A stretch of DNA of 64,000 nucleotides from Candidatus Multivoradales bacterium (lineage in GTDB: Bacteria > Acidobacteriota > Thermoanaerobaculia > Multivoradales > JAHEKO01), in contig CBDCXM010000009.1 in NCBI GenBank assembly GCA_965223855.1, positions 3,136,001 to 3,200,000 of the forward strand. The letters run 5' to 3'. The notes below the pieces were generated by a model. That model was given only the letters and a program-made list of their open reading frames with translations. It made no database searches and was not told where the DNA came from. A program made the translations under genes and the position numbers. Positions 1 to 10,245 of the stretch are shown here, one piece after another. The stretch's first letter is position 1. Every line of letters begins with the position of its first letter.

Positions 1-415
1 GTTCGACATCCCGGTGATCGACGCCTACCCGGAAACGCCCGACTACTTCGAGTCGGAGTTCCGCCTCCCGACGACGATGGCCTACGGGGAGCTGAAGGCC
101 TACATCGCGGAGATCGAGGCGAGCGGCCGCAAGGCGCCGGAGATGGAGATCGAGCTGTTCAAGAAGCACTCCTTCCCGGCCGTCAGCCTGGTGATGGCGC
201 TCGTCGCCCTGCCGTTCGCCTTCCGGCTGGGGCGCAAGGGGGCGCTCTACGGAGCGGGCTTCGGCGTCGTGCTGGGGATGGCGTTCTTCGGCGTCTACGC
301 CTTCTTCAGCACCCTGGGCGAGACCGGGACCCTGCCGCCGATGCTGGCGGTCTGGAGCCCCAACATCGCCTTCGCGCTCTACGCCGTCTATCTGTTCCTC
401 GGCGTCGAGAGCTGA
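1..415 (+). CDS. LptF/LptG family LPS export permease, C-terminal part (5'-truncated by the window)
   Basis: The sequence TMAYGELKAYI...ELFKKHSFPAVSLVMALVALPFA...GETGTLPPMLAVWSPN matches the LptF/G C-terminal transmembrane pattern. Confidence 0.85.
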   Translation, partial: FDIPVIDAYPETPDYFESEFRLPTTMAYGELKAYIAEIEASGRKAPEMEIELFKKHSFPAVSLVMALVALPFAFRLGRKGALYGAGFGVVLGMAFFGVYAFFSTLGETGTLPPMLAVWSPNIAFALYAVYLFLGVES

Positions 416-668
416 ACGGACCCCGACGGGCTGCGGCGGGATCGAGCCTTCTCAGGCGATCGGCCGTGCGCAACGAAAGGCTCCGGCTAGGGAAGCAACG
501 GCGACTCTCCTGCCGATCTTGCTCGCGGCAACGGCGCCGGACTCGCGCCGGCCACCCGACAGTCCTTGCCCTACCTGGAAGAACTCCGGGCCGCAGTCCG
601 CATCCGTGGCGGCTTGAGCCAACTCCAGATCGGCCAGGGCCAGCCTGAACCTACGGGTTGCAACCTGT

Positions 669-1910
669 TCAGAATCTCGACAAGTCGCGACCGAAGAGCC
701 TCGCCTTGATCCAGTCGAAGGCGACTTTGACCTTGTCGGGCCAGCTCACGAGCCGCGTAAGGTAGACCGAGCGCCAGAAGAGCCATGCCGAGCGGCCGCT
801 CCACGGCACCCCCGGCAGGTCCGCGAGCGCCTTCCCGGCGCCGATGTAGGCGAGCATGCCCAGGCTCCGATAGCTGAACGGTGGGCCATTGCTGCTCGCC
901 TTCGACAGCAGACGGCCGAGGTACTTCCCCTGCTGCTGGGCGACCTGTGCCGTCGCCGGGAGCGGATGGTCGCGATCGGCCGCGCAGTCCCCGAGCGCAT
1001 AGACCCCGTCCCGATCCGGCACCCGCAGGTGCCCGTCGACCTGCAGACGGCCGTCGCGGTGGGTCGCAAGGCCCAGCTCGCGTACCAGCGGCACCGGTTC
1101 GTTGCCGCCCGCCCAGACGGCGAGGCCGAAGCCGAGAGTGCGATCGTCGGCGAAGAACACTTCGTGCTCCTCGACCCGCTTGACCGCCGACGCCGTGCGC
1201 ACCTCGATCCCCTCGCGCAGGAAGTGCCGGCGGGTGTAGGCGCTGAGCGCCTGGTCGAACGAGCCCAGGAGCCGGTCGGACGCCTCGACCATGACGACCC
1301 GGGCGAGCCCGGCGACGCGCGGGTAGGCGCGCGCCAGCTCGCGGCCGACGAAGTCCTGGATCTCCGCCGCCACCTCGACCCCGGTCGGCCCGCCGCCGAT
1401 GACGACGAATCGGACGCGGCGCTCGACCTCCGGCCGCGGCAGATCGGGAGCCTCGGCCGCGGCGAACTGGCGGGTGATCGCCGCTCGCAGCCGCCGACCG
1501 TCTTCGACCGTCCGAAGCGGCGTGCAATAGCGCTTGACGCCGGGGATCCCGTAGGTGGCGACGCCGGCACCGACCGCGAGCACGAGACGGTCGAAGCCGA
1601 CGTCGAACGACTCGTCGCTCACGCTCGACGCGCAACGGACGGTGCGCGCCTCCCAGTCGACGGCTGCCGCCCGTGCCTCCAGGTGGCGCGCCTCGGGTCG
1701 CTGGCGCCGCAGCGGCTCGAGAATGCTCCGGAACTCGACCGTCCCGGTCACCGCGGACGGCAGCAGCGGGGTGAAAAGAAAGTAGTTGCGGGGGCTGACG
1801 ATCGTCACGTCGAAGCGCCCCTTCCGGAGCCTTCGCAGCAGCGAGTAGCCACCGAAGCCCGACCCCAGGATCACCAGTCGAGGCAGCCCCTGCCGGTCCG
1901 TTTCCGCCAT
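669..1910 (-). CDS. ndh: Type II NADH dehydrogenase (FAD-dependent oxidoreductase)
   Basis: GSGFGG and GGGPTGVE Rossmann motifs, SPRNYFLFTPLL, ALGDCA, PATAQVAQQQG. Start placed at ATG 1910. Confidence 0.9.
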   Translation of the reverse strand: MAETDRQGLPRLVILGSGFGGYSLLRRLRKGRFDVTIVSPRNYFLFTPLLPSAVTGTVEFRSILEPLRRQRPEARHLEARAAAVDWEARTVRCASSVSDESFDVGFDRLVLAVGAGVATYGIPGVKRYCTPLRTVEDGRRLRAAITRQFAAAEAPDLPRPEVERRVRFVVIGGGPTGVEVAAEIQDFVGRELARAYPRVAGLARVVMVEASDRLLGSFDQALSAYTRRHFLREGIEVRTASAVKRVEEHEVFFADDRTLGFGLAVWAGGNEPVPLVRELGLATHRDGRLQVDGHLRVPDRDGVYALGDCAADRDHPLPATAQVAQQQGKYLGRLLSKASSNGPPFSYRSLGMLAYIGAGKALADLPGVPWSGRSAWLFWRSVYLTRLVSWPDKVKVAFDWIKARLFGRDLSRF

Positions 1911-1948
1911 GCCGGCTACGCTATCGCGCCTGATAGCATCCCGCCGCC

Positions 1949-2764
1949 GTGGGCATCTTTTTCCTGTTCCTCGTCGCCCTCGCCGCCGGCTCCGCCTCCA
2001 CACTCTTCTGGATTCCCGAGGACGATCTGGGGCGCGGCTACTTCCAGATGAACGCCCTGATCGTGCTGGGTCTGCTGGGGCTCGCCGCCGCGGTCGTCTG
2101 GCTCGAGGGCGCGCAGCCGTTCGGCGCCGCCCCGGAGCTGGGCAAGACGGCCCTCTACGGCTCGCTGGCAGCGGCCTTCGGCTACTACGCAGGCGTCTGG
2201 CGGGAGCGATGGAAGGCGGCCCGCATCGCTGCCGCGTTGGTGCTGGCCGCCTCCGGCCTCGCCTACTGGCTGGCGGGGGTAGAGCTGGTCCAGGCCCTCA
2301 CCGAGCTGCCTCTGCGCCGGACGCTCCTTGCCGCCAGCCTCGCGACCTCGTCGCTCGCTCTCGGCTGGGCGCTGATCACGATGCTGCTGGGTCACTGGTA
2401 TCTGGTGGCGCCCAAACTCACCTTCCGGCACCTGACGATCTTCTGCTGGGCACTCCTTGCCATCGTGCTCGCCCGCGCCGTTACCGTCGGTGGGACGCTG
2501 CTGGCCGCCGGCGCCGTCGACCCCAGGATCGAGCCTCATCCGTGGCGTCTCCTCACCGGCTTCGAGGGCCAGGGGATGTTCTTCTGGTTCCGCCTCCTGT
2601 GGGGGATCGCCATCCCGCTCGCTCTGGCGGTGATGTCGCTCCACTGCGCCCGCCAGCGCTCCAACCAGTCGGCGACCGGCATCCTCTACGTGCTCGTGGT
2701 CGGCGTCCTCGTCGGCGAGATCACGGCGTTCTACCTGAGCGCAACCACCGGCGTGCCCGTCTGA
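1949..2764 (+). CDS. Multi-pass membrane protein (LLGHWYL and NQSATGILY motifs), function unknown
   Basis: 271 aa with about 8 hydrophobic segments and coding-like codon bias. Confidence 0.7.
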   Translation: MGIFFLFLVALAAGSASTLFWIPEDDLGRGYFQMNALIVLGLLGLAAAVVWLEGAQPFGAAPELGKTALYGSLAAAFGYYAGVWRERWKAARIAAALVLAASGLAYWLAGVELVQALTELPLRRTLLAASLATSSLALGWALITMLLGHWYLVAPKLTFRHLTIFCWALLAIVLARAVTVGGTLLAAGAVDPRIEPHPWRLLTGFEGQGMFFWFRLLWGIAIPLALAVMSLHCARQRSNQSATGILYVLVVGVLVGEITAFYLSATTGVPV

Positions 2765-3223
2765 GTGCGGATCCGGACCCAGTGCCGCGAGTGCGGCCTG
2801 CCCTTCAGCGAGACGCTGACCCGCGCCTCTACCGAGCTGCCCTGCCCCGGCTGCGGCGACGTGCGTTCGCTGGATCTGGAACCCTGGTCCGAGAGCGACC
2901 CGAGGACCATCCGGAGCTGCCTCGTGTGCGACTGCCGCCATCTCTACCGGCAGCGCGACGTCAACCGAGCCCTCGGCTGCCTTCTCGTCGCCATCGGAGC
3001 GGTGCTCGTGCCTTGGACCTACGGCCTCTCGCTCGTCGTGCTCGCCGGCGTCGACCTCGTCTACTACCTGCGACTCAAGGAGAAGGTCGTCTGCTACCGC
3101 TGCGACACCGTCTACCGCGACGCCGAGCCGACCGAGGGCCAGCGCGAGTTCGACCTGCTGCAGCACGACGTGCTCAAGTACGGCAAGACCTGGCAGGACG
3201 TCGATCTGCCAAGGCACCACTGA
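2765..3223 (+). CDS. Zinc-ribbon membrane protein (four CxxC pairs and a hydrophobic hairpin)
   Basis: CREC, CPGC, CLVC and CYRC; starts immediately after the upstream stop codon. Confidence 0.7.
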   Translation: MRIRTQCRECGLPFSETLTRASTELPCPGCGDVRSLDLEPWSESDPRTIRSCLVCDCRHLYRQRDVNRALGCLLVAIGAVLVPWTYGLSLVVLAGVDLVYYLRLKEKVVCYRCDTVYRDAEPTEGQREFDLLQHDVLKYGKTWQDVDLPRHH

Positions 3224-3562
3224 GGCGTCTCCATCCCTCCCCGCACACTCCCGGCTATGCTTCGAACTGTGGTCGGAGGCGGCGATGCCTGCACGTCACC
3301 TCCCTGAAACGGGCGACCCGCATCGCGAAGGGCGAGCGCTGGCGACGAGCGGCCGAGGGCCTGCGGGCGGCCGGGTCTGGATCACCCTCGCCCACAGTCC
3401 TGTGTACCGAAGACGGCGTTGCCGCGGCGACCGCTCGAGTCGCTACGGCGCTCTACCTGGAAGAGCGCCGATGCACGCGGCCGCACTTCCAGCATCGGAG
3501 GAACTGCTCCCCTGCTTCCAGAGGAGACCAGAGACAACGAGTCGCGAACGTCGAGTGCCGAC

Positions 3563-4735
3563 TCAGCCGACCGGCACGGCGTCATCCGCCACGCCGACGG
3601 CCTCGCGCACGGCGTCGGCGCGGTGAGTGCTCTCCCAGCTGAAGCCGTCGCGACCGAAGTGGCCGTAGGCCGCCGTCGGCCGGTAGATCGGCCGCCGCAG
3701 GTCGAGGTCCTCGATGATGCCGAGCGGCGTCAGCGGGAAGATCTCCCGCACCGCGCGTTCGAGCTCGCGGTCTGAGACCTTGCCGGTGCCGAAGCTGTCG
3801 ACGTGCACCGACACAGGCTCGGCGACGCCGATGGCGTAGGCGAGCTGAACCGCGACTCGCTCCGCGGCTCCGGAGGCGGCGAGGTTCTTCGCCACGTGGC
3901 GCGCCATGTAGCTGGCCGACCGGTCGACCTTGGTCGGGTCCTTGCCCGAGAAGGCGCCGCCGCCGTGACTGCCAACGCCGCCGTAGGTGTCGACGATGAT
4001 CTTGCGGCCGGTGAGGCCGCAGTCACCCTTCGGTCCGCCGGTGACGAAACGGCCCGTCGGGTTGACGTGGAAGATCGTCTCGTCGTCGATCAGCTCCGGA
4101 GCGATCGCCGGGCGGATCACCGTATCGATGATCGCGGCGGTCAGCTCGTCGTGTCCGACGTCCGGGTCGTGCTGCGTCGAGACGACGACCGTGTGGACCC
4201 GACGCGGCCGACGATCGGCGTCGTACTCGATCGTCACCTGACTCTTGCCGTCAGGGCGCAGAAAACCGAGCTCGCCGGCCTTGCGCACAGCTGCCAGCTT
4301 GTGGGTCAGCGTGTGCGCCATCATGATCGGCAGGGGCATCAACTGTGGGGTCTCGCGGCTGGCGTAGCCGAACATCAACCCCTGGTCGCCGGCCCCTCCG
4401 GTATCGACCCCCATCGCGATGTCCGGCGACTGCGAGTCGATCGCACTGACCACCGAGCAGTTGTCGTAGTCGAAGCCGTAGTTGGGATCGGTGTAGCCGA
4501 TCTCCTCGAGCGTCCGGCGAGCGATGCCTGAGAAGTCGAGATCGGCTGTGGTGGTCAGCTCACCGGCGATCATCACGAGACCGGTGTTGACGAGGGTCTC
4601 GCAGGCGACGCGGCCCATCGGATCGGACTCGAGCACCGCGTCGAGCACGGCGTCGGAGATCTGGTCCGACACCTTGTCGGGATGTCCTTCGGTGACGGAT
4701 TCGGACGTGAAGAGGTAGGCCTGAGACTCGCTCAT
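3563..4735 (-). CDS. metK: S-adenosylmethionine synthetase
   Basis: [39 protein letters not shown]. Confidence 0.98.
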   Translation of the reverse strand: MSESQAYLFTSESVTEGHPDKVSDQISDAVLDAVLESDPMGRVACETLVNTGLVMIAGELTTTADLDFSGIARRTLEEIGYTDPNYGFDYDNCSVVSAIDSQSPDIAMGVDTGGAGDQGLMFGYASRETPQLMPLPIMMAHTLTHKLAAVRKAGELGFLRPDGKSQVTIEYDADRRPRRVHTVVVSTQHDPDVGHDELTAAIIDTVIRPAIAPELIDDETIFHVNPTGRFVTGGPKGDCGLTGRKIIVDTYGGVGSHGGGAFSGKDPTKVDRSASYMARHVAKNLAASGAAERVAVQLAYAIGVAEPVSVHVDSFGTGKVSDRELERAVREIFPLTPLGIIEDLDLRRPIYRPTAAYGHFGRDGFSWESTHRADAVREAVGVADDAVPVG

Positions 4736-4827
4736 GGGAGACTCCCTGCGGAGACTGACTCGGAGGTTGGATGGGCGGCGTCGCGCGTTCCGTTCGAGCG
4801 CGGGACACCTGCCCCGAAGAGGGCGAG

Positions 4828-4857
4828 ATGGTACCAAGCGCCTGCGAGCACGGTCAA
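4828..4857 (-). promoter_or_regulatory. Putative sigma70 promoter of metK
   Basis: TTGACC-N18-TACCAT on the minus strand, about 90 nt upstream of the ATG. Confidence 0.45.
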
Positions 4858-4883
4858 TTTCGCCGGAGGGTTGCCGAACGACC

Positions 4884-5477
4884 CTACGCGTTGCGCGGGT
4901 GGCCTGAGTAGGCCGCGAAGAACAGCGACGAGACGGCGTTGAAGACCGCCTCGGAAGCCGCCGTCCGCCGGGACTCGAGGCCGCCGGTCAGAGCCGCGAC
5001 CAGCCCTTCGTGCCGGCGCAGCCCGGCGGTCGTGCGCCGGCCGTCACTGTCGCTCCAGCCGTCCTCCAGCACCCGCGCCGGGACCTCGATCGCGCTGCTG
5101 CTCCCGGTCGCCTCTCCGCCGAGCCCACGCACCACCGCCCACGTCCGCACCCAGTGGTGCGGGCGCCCGTCGACCGTTCCCGATTCGAGTCCCTCTTCGA
5201 GACCGACATAGAAGTGGTAGGCCTGTCCGAGACGCTCAGCGAGTTCCTCCGCCCAGCGCGATGCCCGCTCCCGCATCTCGACGTCACTCGAAGCGAGCCC
5301 TTCGTGAAGGCCCTCGACCTCCTGCGGCACGACCGCCACAGGGACCGGCCGACCCAACCCCTGGTGGAAGTAGCGCAGGAAGGCACTGCGGACGGCCAGC
5401 ATCACCTCGGAGCGATCGGCAGCCACCGCCACCTCCACTCCGGTGAGGATCTGCGGCGGGAGCACGGCCTCGGTCAA
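4884..5477 (-). CDS. DUF84/YjjX-like non-canonical purine NTP phosphatase homologue (divergent)
   Basis: FYVGLEEGL, a C-terminal [13 protein letters not shown] and the overall length fit the YjjX/DUF84 pattern. Confidence 0.6.
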   Translation of the reverse strand: MTEAVLPPQILTGVEVAVAADRSEVMLAVRSAFLRYFHQGLGRPVPVAVVPQEVEGLHEGLASSDVEMRERASRWAEELAERLGQAYHFYVGLEEGLESGTVDGRPHHWVRTWAVVRGLGGEATGSSSAIEVPARVLEDGWSDSDGRRTTAGLRRHEGLVAALTGGLESRRTAASEAVFNAVSSLFFAAYSGHPRNA

Positions 5478-5548
5478 GCTGGAGTCCTCTCGGAAGCGCG
5501 GCCGGGAGCCGGAGCAGACTCGCCCGGGCGGGCTAAGATCCGCCGCGC

Positions 5549-6328
5549 ATGATCGTCAGTCGCCAAAACAGAAAGATCAAGGATATGCGGCGGCTTCGGC
5601 GGAGTAAAGGAGACCGGGCCCTGCTCGAAGGGCCCCACCTCGTGGCCGAAGCGCTCGCATCCGGCGTCTCGATCGAGTACGCGCTGGCGACCCCGCGAAT
5701 GCTCGAATCGGGCGACCATGCCCGGCTTTTCGAACTCCTTGGCGATCGGTTGGAAGCCGTCGAAGCGGGTGTCCTCGAATCCATTGCGGATGTCGACAGC
5801 CCGCGCGGCGTCGCCGCGGTGGCCGAGCTCCCACGCGCCGGCCTCGACGCCCTCGGCGAGCCGGGTCGTGGCGTCTACCTGTTCGCAGAGGGCCTGCAGG
5901 AACCGGGGAACCTGGGTGCGCTCGCCCGGGTCGCCGAGGCGACGGGCGTCGCGGGACTCGCCCTCGGAGCGGGCAGCGCCCACCCGAACCACCCGCGGGC
6001 GTTGAGGGCGTCGGCAGGCAGTCTGCTGCGGCTTCCGGTCGCGAGAGAGGTCGGACTCGACGCTCTGCTCGAGTGGCTGGCACTCGAGAAGCGTCCGGAG
6101 GTGCTGGCCCTCCAGCCCCGCGGCGGCGACGACCTCTTCGAGCTGCAACCGGCGGTCGGGCCGACGTTGCTGCTGATCGGCGCCGAGGGGCCGGGGCTGT
6201 CCGCGGGAGCGCTCGCCGTGGCCGATCGCACCGTGTCGGTTCCGATGACCGATCCGGTCGAGTCGCTCAACGCCACCGTGGCTGCGGCGGTCGTCCTCTA
6301 CGAACTGAGCCGCCGCAACCCTGACTGA
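5549..6328 (+). CDS. TrmH/SpoU family RNA methyltransferase
   Basis: LQEPGNLGAL, IGAEGPGL and ESLNATVAAAV SPOUT motifs. Confidence 0.92.
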   Translation: MIVSRQNRKIKDMRRLRRSKGDRALLEGPHLVAEALASGVSIEYALATPRMLESGDHARLFELLGDRLEAVEAGVLESIADVDSPRGVAAVAELPRAGLDALGEPGRGVYLFAEGLQEPGNLGALARVAEATGVAGLALGAGSAHPNHPRALRASAGSLLRLPVAREVGLDALLEWLALEKRPEVLALQPRGGDDLFELQPAVGPTLLLIGAEGPGLSAGALAVADRTVSVPMTDPVESLNATVAAAVVLYELSRRNPD

Positions 6329-6362
6329 GGGGCACCGGCGATGGGCGCCGCGCTCCGAGGTA

Positions 6363-7343
6363 TCAGCCGCCTTTCGCCTCGCGAATCGCCGCCGTCAGAG
6401 CCGGCACGATCTCGTGCAGGTCGCCGACGATGCCGTAGTCCGACACCGAGAAAATCGGCGCGCCGGCGTCCTTGTTGATCGCAACGACCGTGCTCGCTCC
6501 CTTCATGCCGACCAGGTGCTGGATCGCTCCCGAGATACCGGCTGCCACGTAGAGTTTCGGCGCCACCGTCTGGCCGCTCGAGCCGATCTGCCGGTCGCGT
6601 GGCAGCCAGCCGTTGTCGATCACCGGCCGGCTGGCACCGATCTCGGCTCCGAGCGCCGCAGCCAGCTCTTCGATGATCGCCATCTTGTCGCTGTCTCCGA
6701 TGCCGCGCCCGACGGCGACGACGACCTCGGCGGCGGAAAGATCCACCTGCTCTCCGGCGACCTCCTCGACCCCGAGGATCTCGCGGTCGGGGGCTGCCGC
6801 CGAGGCATCGAGGTCGGCACGCGGCGCCTCGCCGGCGGCCATCGAGTCGGCCGGGAAGACGCCCGACTGGAACGACACCAGGTGAGGCGCGGCCCCGACC
6901 GCTTTCACTCGCGACTGGAGCTTGCCGCCCAGCACCGGCCGGCGCCACTCGACCGCCCCGTCCACCACTTCGAAGCCGACTGCCTCGGGCACCAGCGAGC
7001 CGGAGACCGCCTGGCACAGTCGTGCCATGTACTCGATGTTCTGGTAACTGTGGGCGAAGACGACGTGAGTCGGCGCGTGCTCGGCGATCGCCGCCGCCAG
7101 GACGCCGACGTAGCCGCCGGGGGTGTAGTCGGCGAGAGCCTCGGACTGCGCCACGTGCACCGCCGCGAGGTCGCACCCCGCGAGCTCGTCGGCCACCGCA
7201 TCGACTCCGTTTCCGAGCACCACCGCTTCGGCGGTTCCACCCAGCGCCGCGGCGAGCTTCTGTCCGCCGGCGACGGCTTCCTTCGACATCCGATGCAGCG
7301 CACCGTCCCGGTGCTGCACGACAATCCAGACCTTGGCAGCCAT
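6363..7343 (-). CDS. etfA: Electron transfer flavoprotein alpha subunit
   Basis: [42 protein letters not shown]. Confidence 0.95.
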   Translation of the reverse strand: MAAKVWIVVQHRDGALHRMSKEAVAGGQKLAAALGGTAEAVVLGNGVDAVADELAGCDLAAVHVAQSEALADYTPGGYVGVLAAAIAEHAPTHVVFAHSYQNIEYMARLCQAVSGSLVPEAVGFEVVDGAVEWRRPVLGGKLQSRVKAVGAAPHLVSFQSGVFPADSMAAGEAPRADLDASAAAPDREILGVEEVAGEQVDLSAAEVVVAVGRGIGDSDKMAIIEELAAALGAEIGASRPVIDNGWLPRDRQIGSSGQTVAPKLYVAAGISGAIQHLVGMKGASTVVAINKDAGAPIFSVSDYGIVGDLHEIVPALTAAIREAKGG

Positions 7344-8137
7344 CACAGAGCCCTCGCTTCGTTCTGCAGTCTCTCGACCAGTTGGCGTGCCGCCGTCTCG
7401 GCGTCGCCGTCGATCATCACGGCGCCCGAGCCACTCTCGGGGAACGCCACCTCGAGGATCTCGAGGGTCGCTCCCGCGGCTCCGACCGCCGAGGAATCGA
7501 GTTCCAGCTCGGCCGGTGCCACCTCGGCGATCTCCTTCTTCTTCGCCTGCATGATCCCCTTGAGCGAGGCGTAGCGAGGATGGTTGAGGCCCGCCTGGAT
7601 CTCCAGCACCGCCGGCAGCGCCACGCGGAGCACCTCGTTCATCCCGCTCTCCATCTCCCGCGTCACGCGCGCGCTCGCGTTGCCGTCCTCGAGCTCCACC
7701 CCCATGACCAGCCAGGCGTGGGGCCAGCCGAGGTGACCGGCGACGACCGACCCGGTCGAGCCGTAGCCGACGTCGTCGGACTGCGAGCCGGTCAGGACGA
7801 GGTCGCATCCCTCCTTGCGGATGGCGGCCGCGAGCGCGAGGCCGTTCGACATCGCGTCGCCGCCGAGGAACGCCTCGTCCGCCAGATGCACGGCACGAGC
7901 CGCCCCGAGCGCCAGGCACTTGCGCAGCGCCTCACGGACCCGCGCCGTGCCGATGCTGAAGACGACGACCTCGCCCTCGGTCCTCTCGGCGATCTGCAGC
8001 GCTTCCTCGAGCGCGTACTCGTCGCTTTCGTTGAGGACGACCGGCAAGTCCTCCTCGTCGATCCATCGGCCGTCCGAGGCCACGCGAAGGCGGGCCTCGG
8101 TGTCCGGAACCTGTTTGACGCACACCGCGATCTTCAT
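7343..8137 (-). CDS. etfB: Electron transfer flavoprotein beta subunit
   Basis: MKIAVCVKQVPD, DEYALEEA, PRYASLKGIMQAKKK; GAGGAG ribosome-binding site. Confidence 0.95.
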   Translation of the reverse strand: MKIAVCVKQVPDTEARLRVASDGRWIDEEDLPVVLNESDEYALEEALQIAERTEGEVVVFSIGTARVREALRKCLALGAARAVHLADEAFLGGDAMSNGLALAAAIRKEGCDLVLTGSQSDDVGYGSTGSVVAGHLGWPHAWLVMGVELEDGNASARVTREMESGMNEVLRVALPAVLEIQAGLNHPRYASLKGIMQAKKKEIAEVAPAELELDSSAVGAAGATLEILEVAFPESGSGAVMIDGDAETAARQLVERLQNEARAL

Positions 8138-8309
8138 CGTCACTCCTCGTTCAGGCTGGTTCGGCCTCGTTCGGGCTGGGGTGATTCGGTCGGAAGAGCG
8201 CCCGCGACTGGCGCGAAGGGTCCTCCGGGGGCAGCTAACTTAGCAGCTCGGAGCGGTTCTTGGACACACGCCGCGACGCCGTGCTACCTTGACGCGGCAC
8301 GAGGAGTCC

Positions 8310-9032
8310 ATGCCGCTCGCACCGACGCTCATCACCGCTCAGATCGGCCAGCCTCACCGCCCCGGACTCATCGAGACGTTCCTCTCGGCCGGCCCGATGG
8401 CCTGGTTCGTGGCCGCCGTCCTCATCGGGATGTCGCTCGCCTCGTGGGCGCTGTTTCTCGGCAAGTGGCGCCAGATGAAGCGCGCCTCGAGCGCCAGTGA
8501 GAAGTTCCTGGAAGTGTTTCGCAGCTCCCAGCGGTTCAGTGAAGTGGGAGGCGCCGCCGAGCGCCTCGCCGCCTCGCCGCTGGTCGGTCTCTTTCAGGCC
8601 GGCTATGCCGAGATCGACGCCCAGATCAAGAGCCGCCCGGACGTGTCGGAAACCCGTGACTACCGCATCCGCTCGCTCGACTCCCTTCACCGGACCCTGC
8701 GCCGGGCGGCGGGAGCCGAGCTGCGGCAGCTGGCGAGCGGCACCACCTTCCTCGCGACGGTCGCCGCCGCGGCTCCGTTCATCGGGCTCTTCGGCACGGT
8801 TTGGGGGATCATGGTGGCGTTCCAGGATATCGGCGTGACCGGCTCGACCTCGCTCGTCGCCGTCGCCCCCGGCATCGCCGAGGCGCTCGTCAACACCGCC
8901 CTCGGTCTGGTGGCGGCGATCCCGGCGCTCCTGGGCTACAACTACTTCTCGTCCCGCCTGCGCACGCTGCGCGCGGAGCTCGACGACTACACGCTCGAGT
9001 TCCTCAACCTCGCCGAGCGCAACTTCACCTGA
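8310..9032 (+). CDS. tolQ: TolQ (MotA/TolQ/ExbB family)
   Basis: APFIGLFGTVWGIM, VAPGIAEAL, GLVAAIPA; first gene of a tol-pal cluster. Confidence 0.92.
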   Translation: MPLAPTLITAQIGQPHRPGLIETFLSAGPMAWFVAAVLIGMSLASWALFLGKWRQMKRASSASEKFLEVFRSSQRFSEVGGAAERLAASPLVGLFQAGYAEIDAQIKSRPDVSETRDYRIRSLDSLHRTLRRAAGAELRQLASGTTFLATVAAAAPFIGLFGTVWGIMVAFQDIGVTGSTSLVAVAPGIAEALVNTALGLVAAIPALLGYNYFSSRLRTLRAELDDYTLEFLNLAERNFT

Positions 9033-9042
9033 GGGTCTGACG

Positions 9043-9468
<426 letters not shown>

Positions 9469-9472
9469 GGCG

Positions 9473-10231
9473 GTGAGCATCGCCGTCGACAGGGTTCTCG
9501 CCACACGACGGCTCGCGACCCGCCGTTCGGTGAAGGGCGCCGTCGTCACCTCGGTCCTGCTGCACGGTGGCTTCGTGGCCGCCGTCCTGCTGGCGCCGCT
9601 GCTTCATCGCGACGACACTCCCGCGATGAAGGTCGTGCCGGTGATGATGATGCCGCTCCAGGCTCTCGGGGTGCGCAACCCGGATCCTGTTCCTCCCCGC
9701 AGCGAACCGGCTCCTCGGCCGGCCGCACCGGCCCCTGAACCGCCTCGCGAACGCACACCGGAGCCGCGTGAAGAGCCCCGCCCCACTCTTCCCAGCCCGG
9801 AGCGCGAGCGGGAGCGGGCGCCACGCGCCGAGCCTCAGCCGACGACCCCGGCACCGACCGGCGCCGCCCCGGCGGGCGGCGACCTCAGACGCCGCCGGGG
9901 CTCGCCGACCGGCAGCTCGCTCGGTACCGCGACGATGGGAGGCGTGAGCTTCGGCGACCCGAACTTCCGCCACAGCTACTACGCCGACCAGCTCACCGCC
10001 ATGCTGAGCGAGGCGTGGCAGCGGCCGGCGATCGGCGGTGAGGTGACCGCCCTGGTCAGCTTCCGGGTCGCCCGCGACGGCTCGGTCTCCGACGTGCGGA
10101 TCGCGGAATCGTCCGGCTACAGCTCGTTCGATCTGGCGGCACTGCGCGCCGTCCACCAGGCCGCCCCCTTCCCTCCCCTGCCTCAGGCGTTCAAAGATCC
10201 GTCCGTGGTCGTCGTCGTGGAGTTCATCTGA
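9473..10231 (+). CDS. tolA: TolA/TonB family energy transducer
   Basis: N-terminal transmembrane segment with SxxxH, Pro-rich linker and TonB_C-like end (SSGYSSFDLAALRAV...PFPPLP); lies between tolR and tolB. Confidence 0.8.
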   Translation: MSIAVDRVLATRRLATRRSVKGAVVTSVLLHGGFVAAVLLAPLLHRDDTPAMKVVPVMMMPLQALGVRNPDPVPPRSEPAPRPAAPAPEPPRERTPEPREEPRPTLPSPERERERAPRAEPQPTTPAPTGAAPAGGDLRRRRGSPTGSSLGTATMGGVSFGDPNFRHSYYADQLTAMLSEAWQRPAIGGEVTALVSFRVARDGSVSDVRIAESSGYSSFDLAALRAVHQAAPFPPLPQAFKDPSVVVVVEFI

Positions 10232-10245
10232 TGAAGGAGTCCCTC

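Noticed and set aside
4736-4883. SAM or SAH riboswitch upstream of metK
   Set aside because: Small hairpins are present, but I recognise no SAM-I, SAM-II or SAH consensus. An Rfam scan would be needed.
6329-6362. GGCAC/GGCGC doublet between the TrmH gene and etfA as a solo end array
   Set aside because: Only two short units, compatible with chance in GC-rich DNA.
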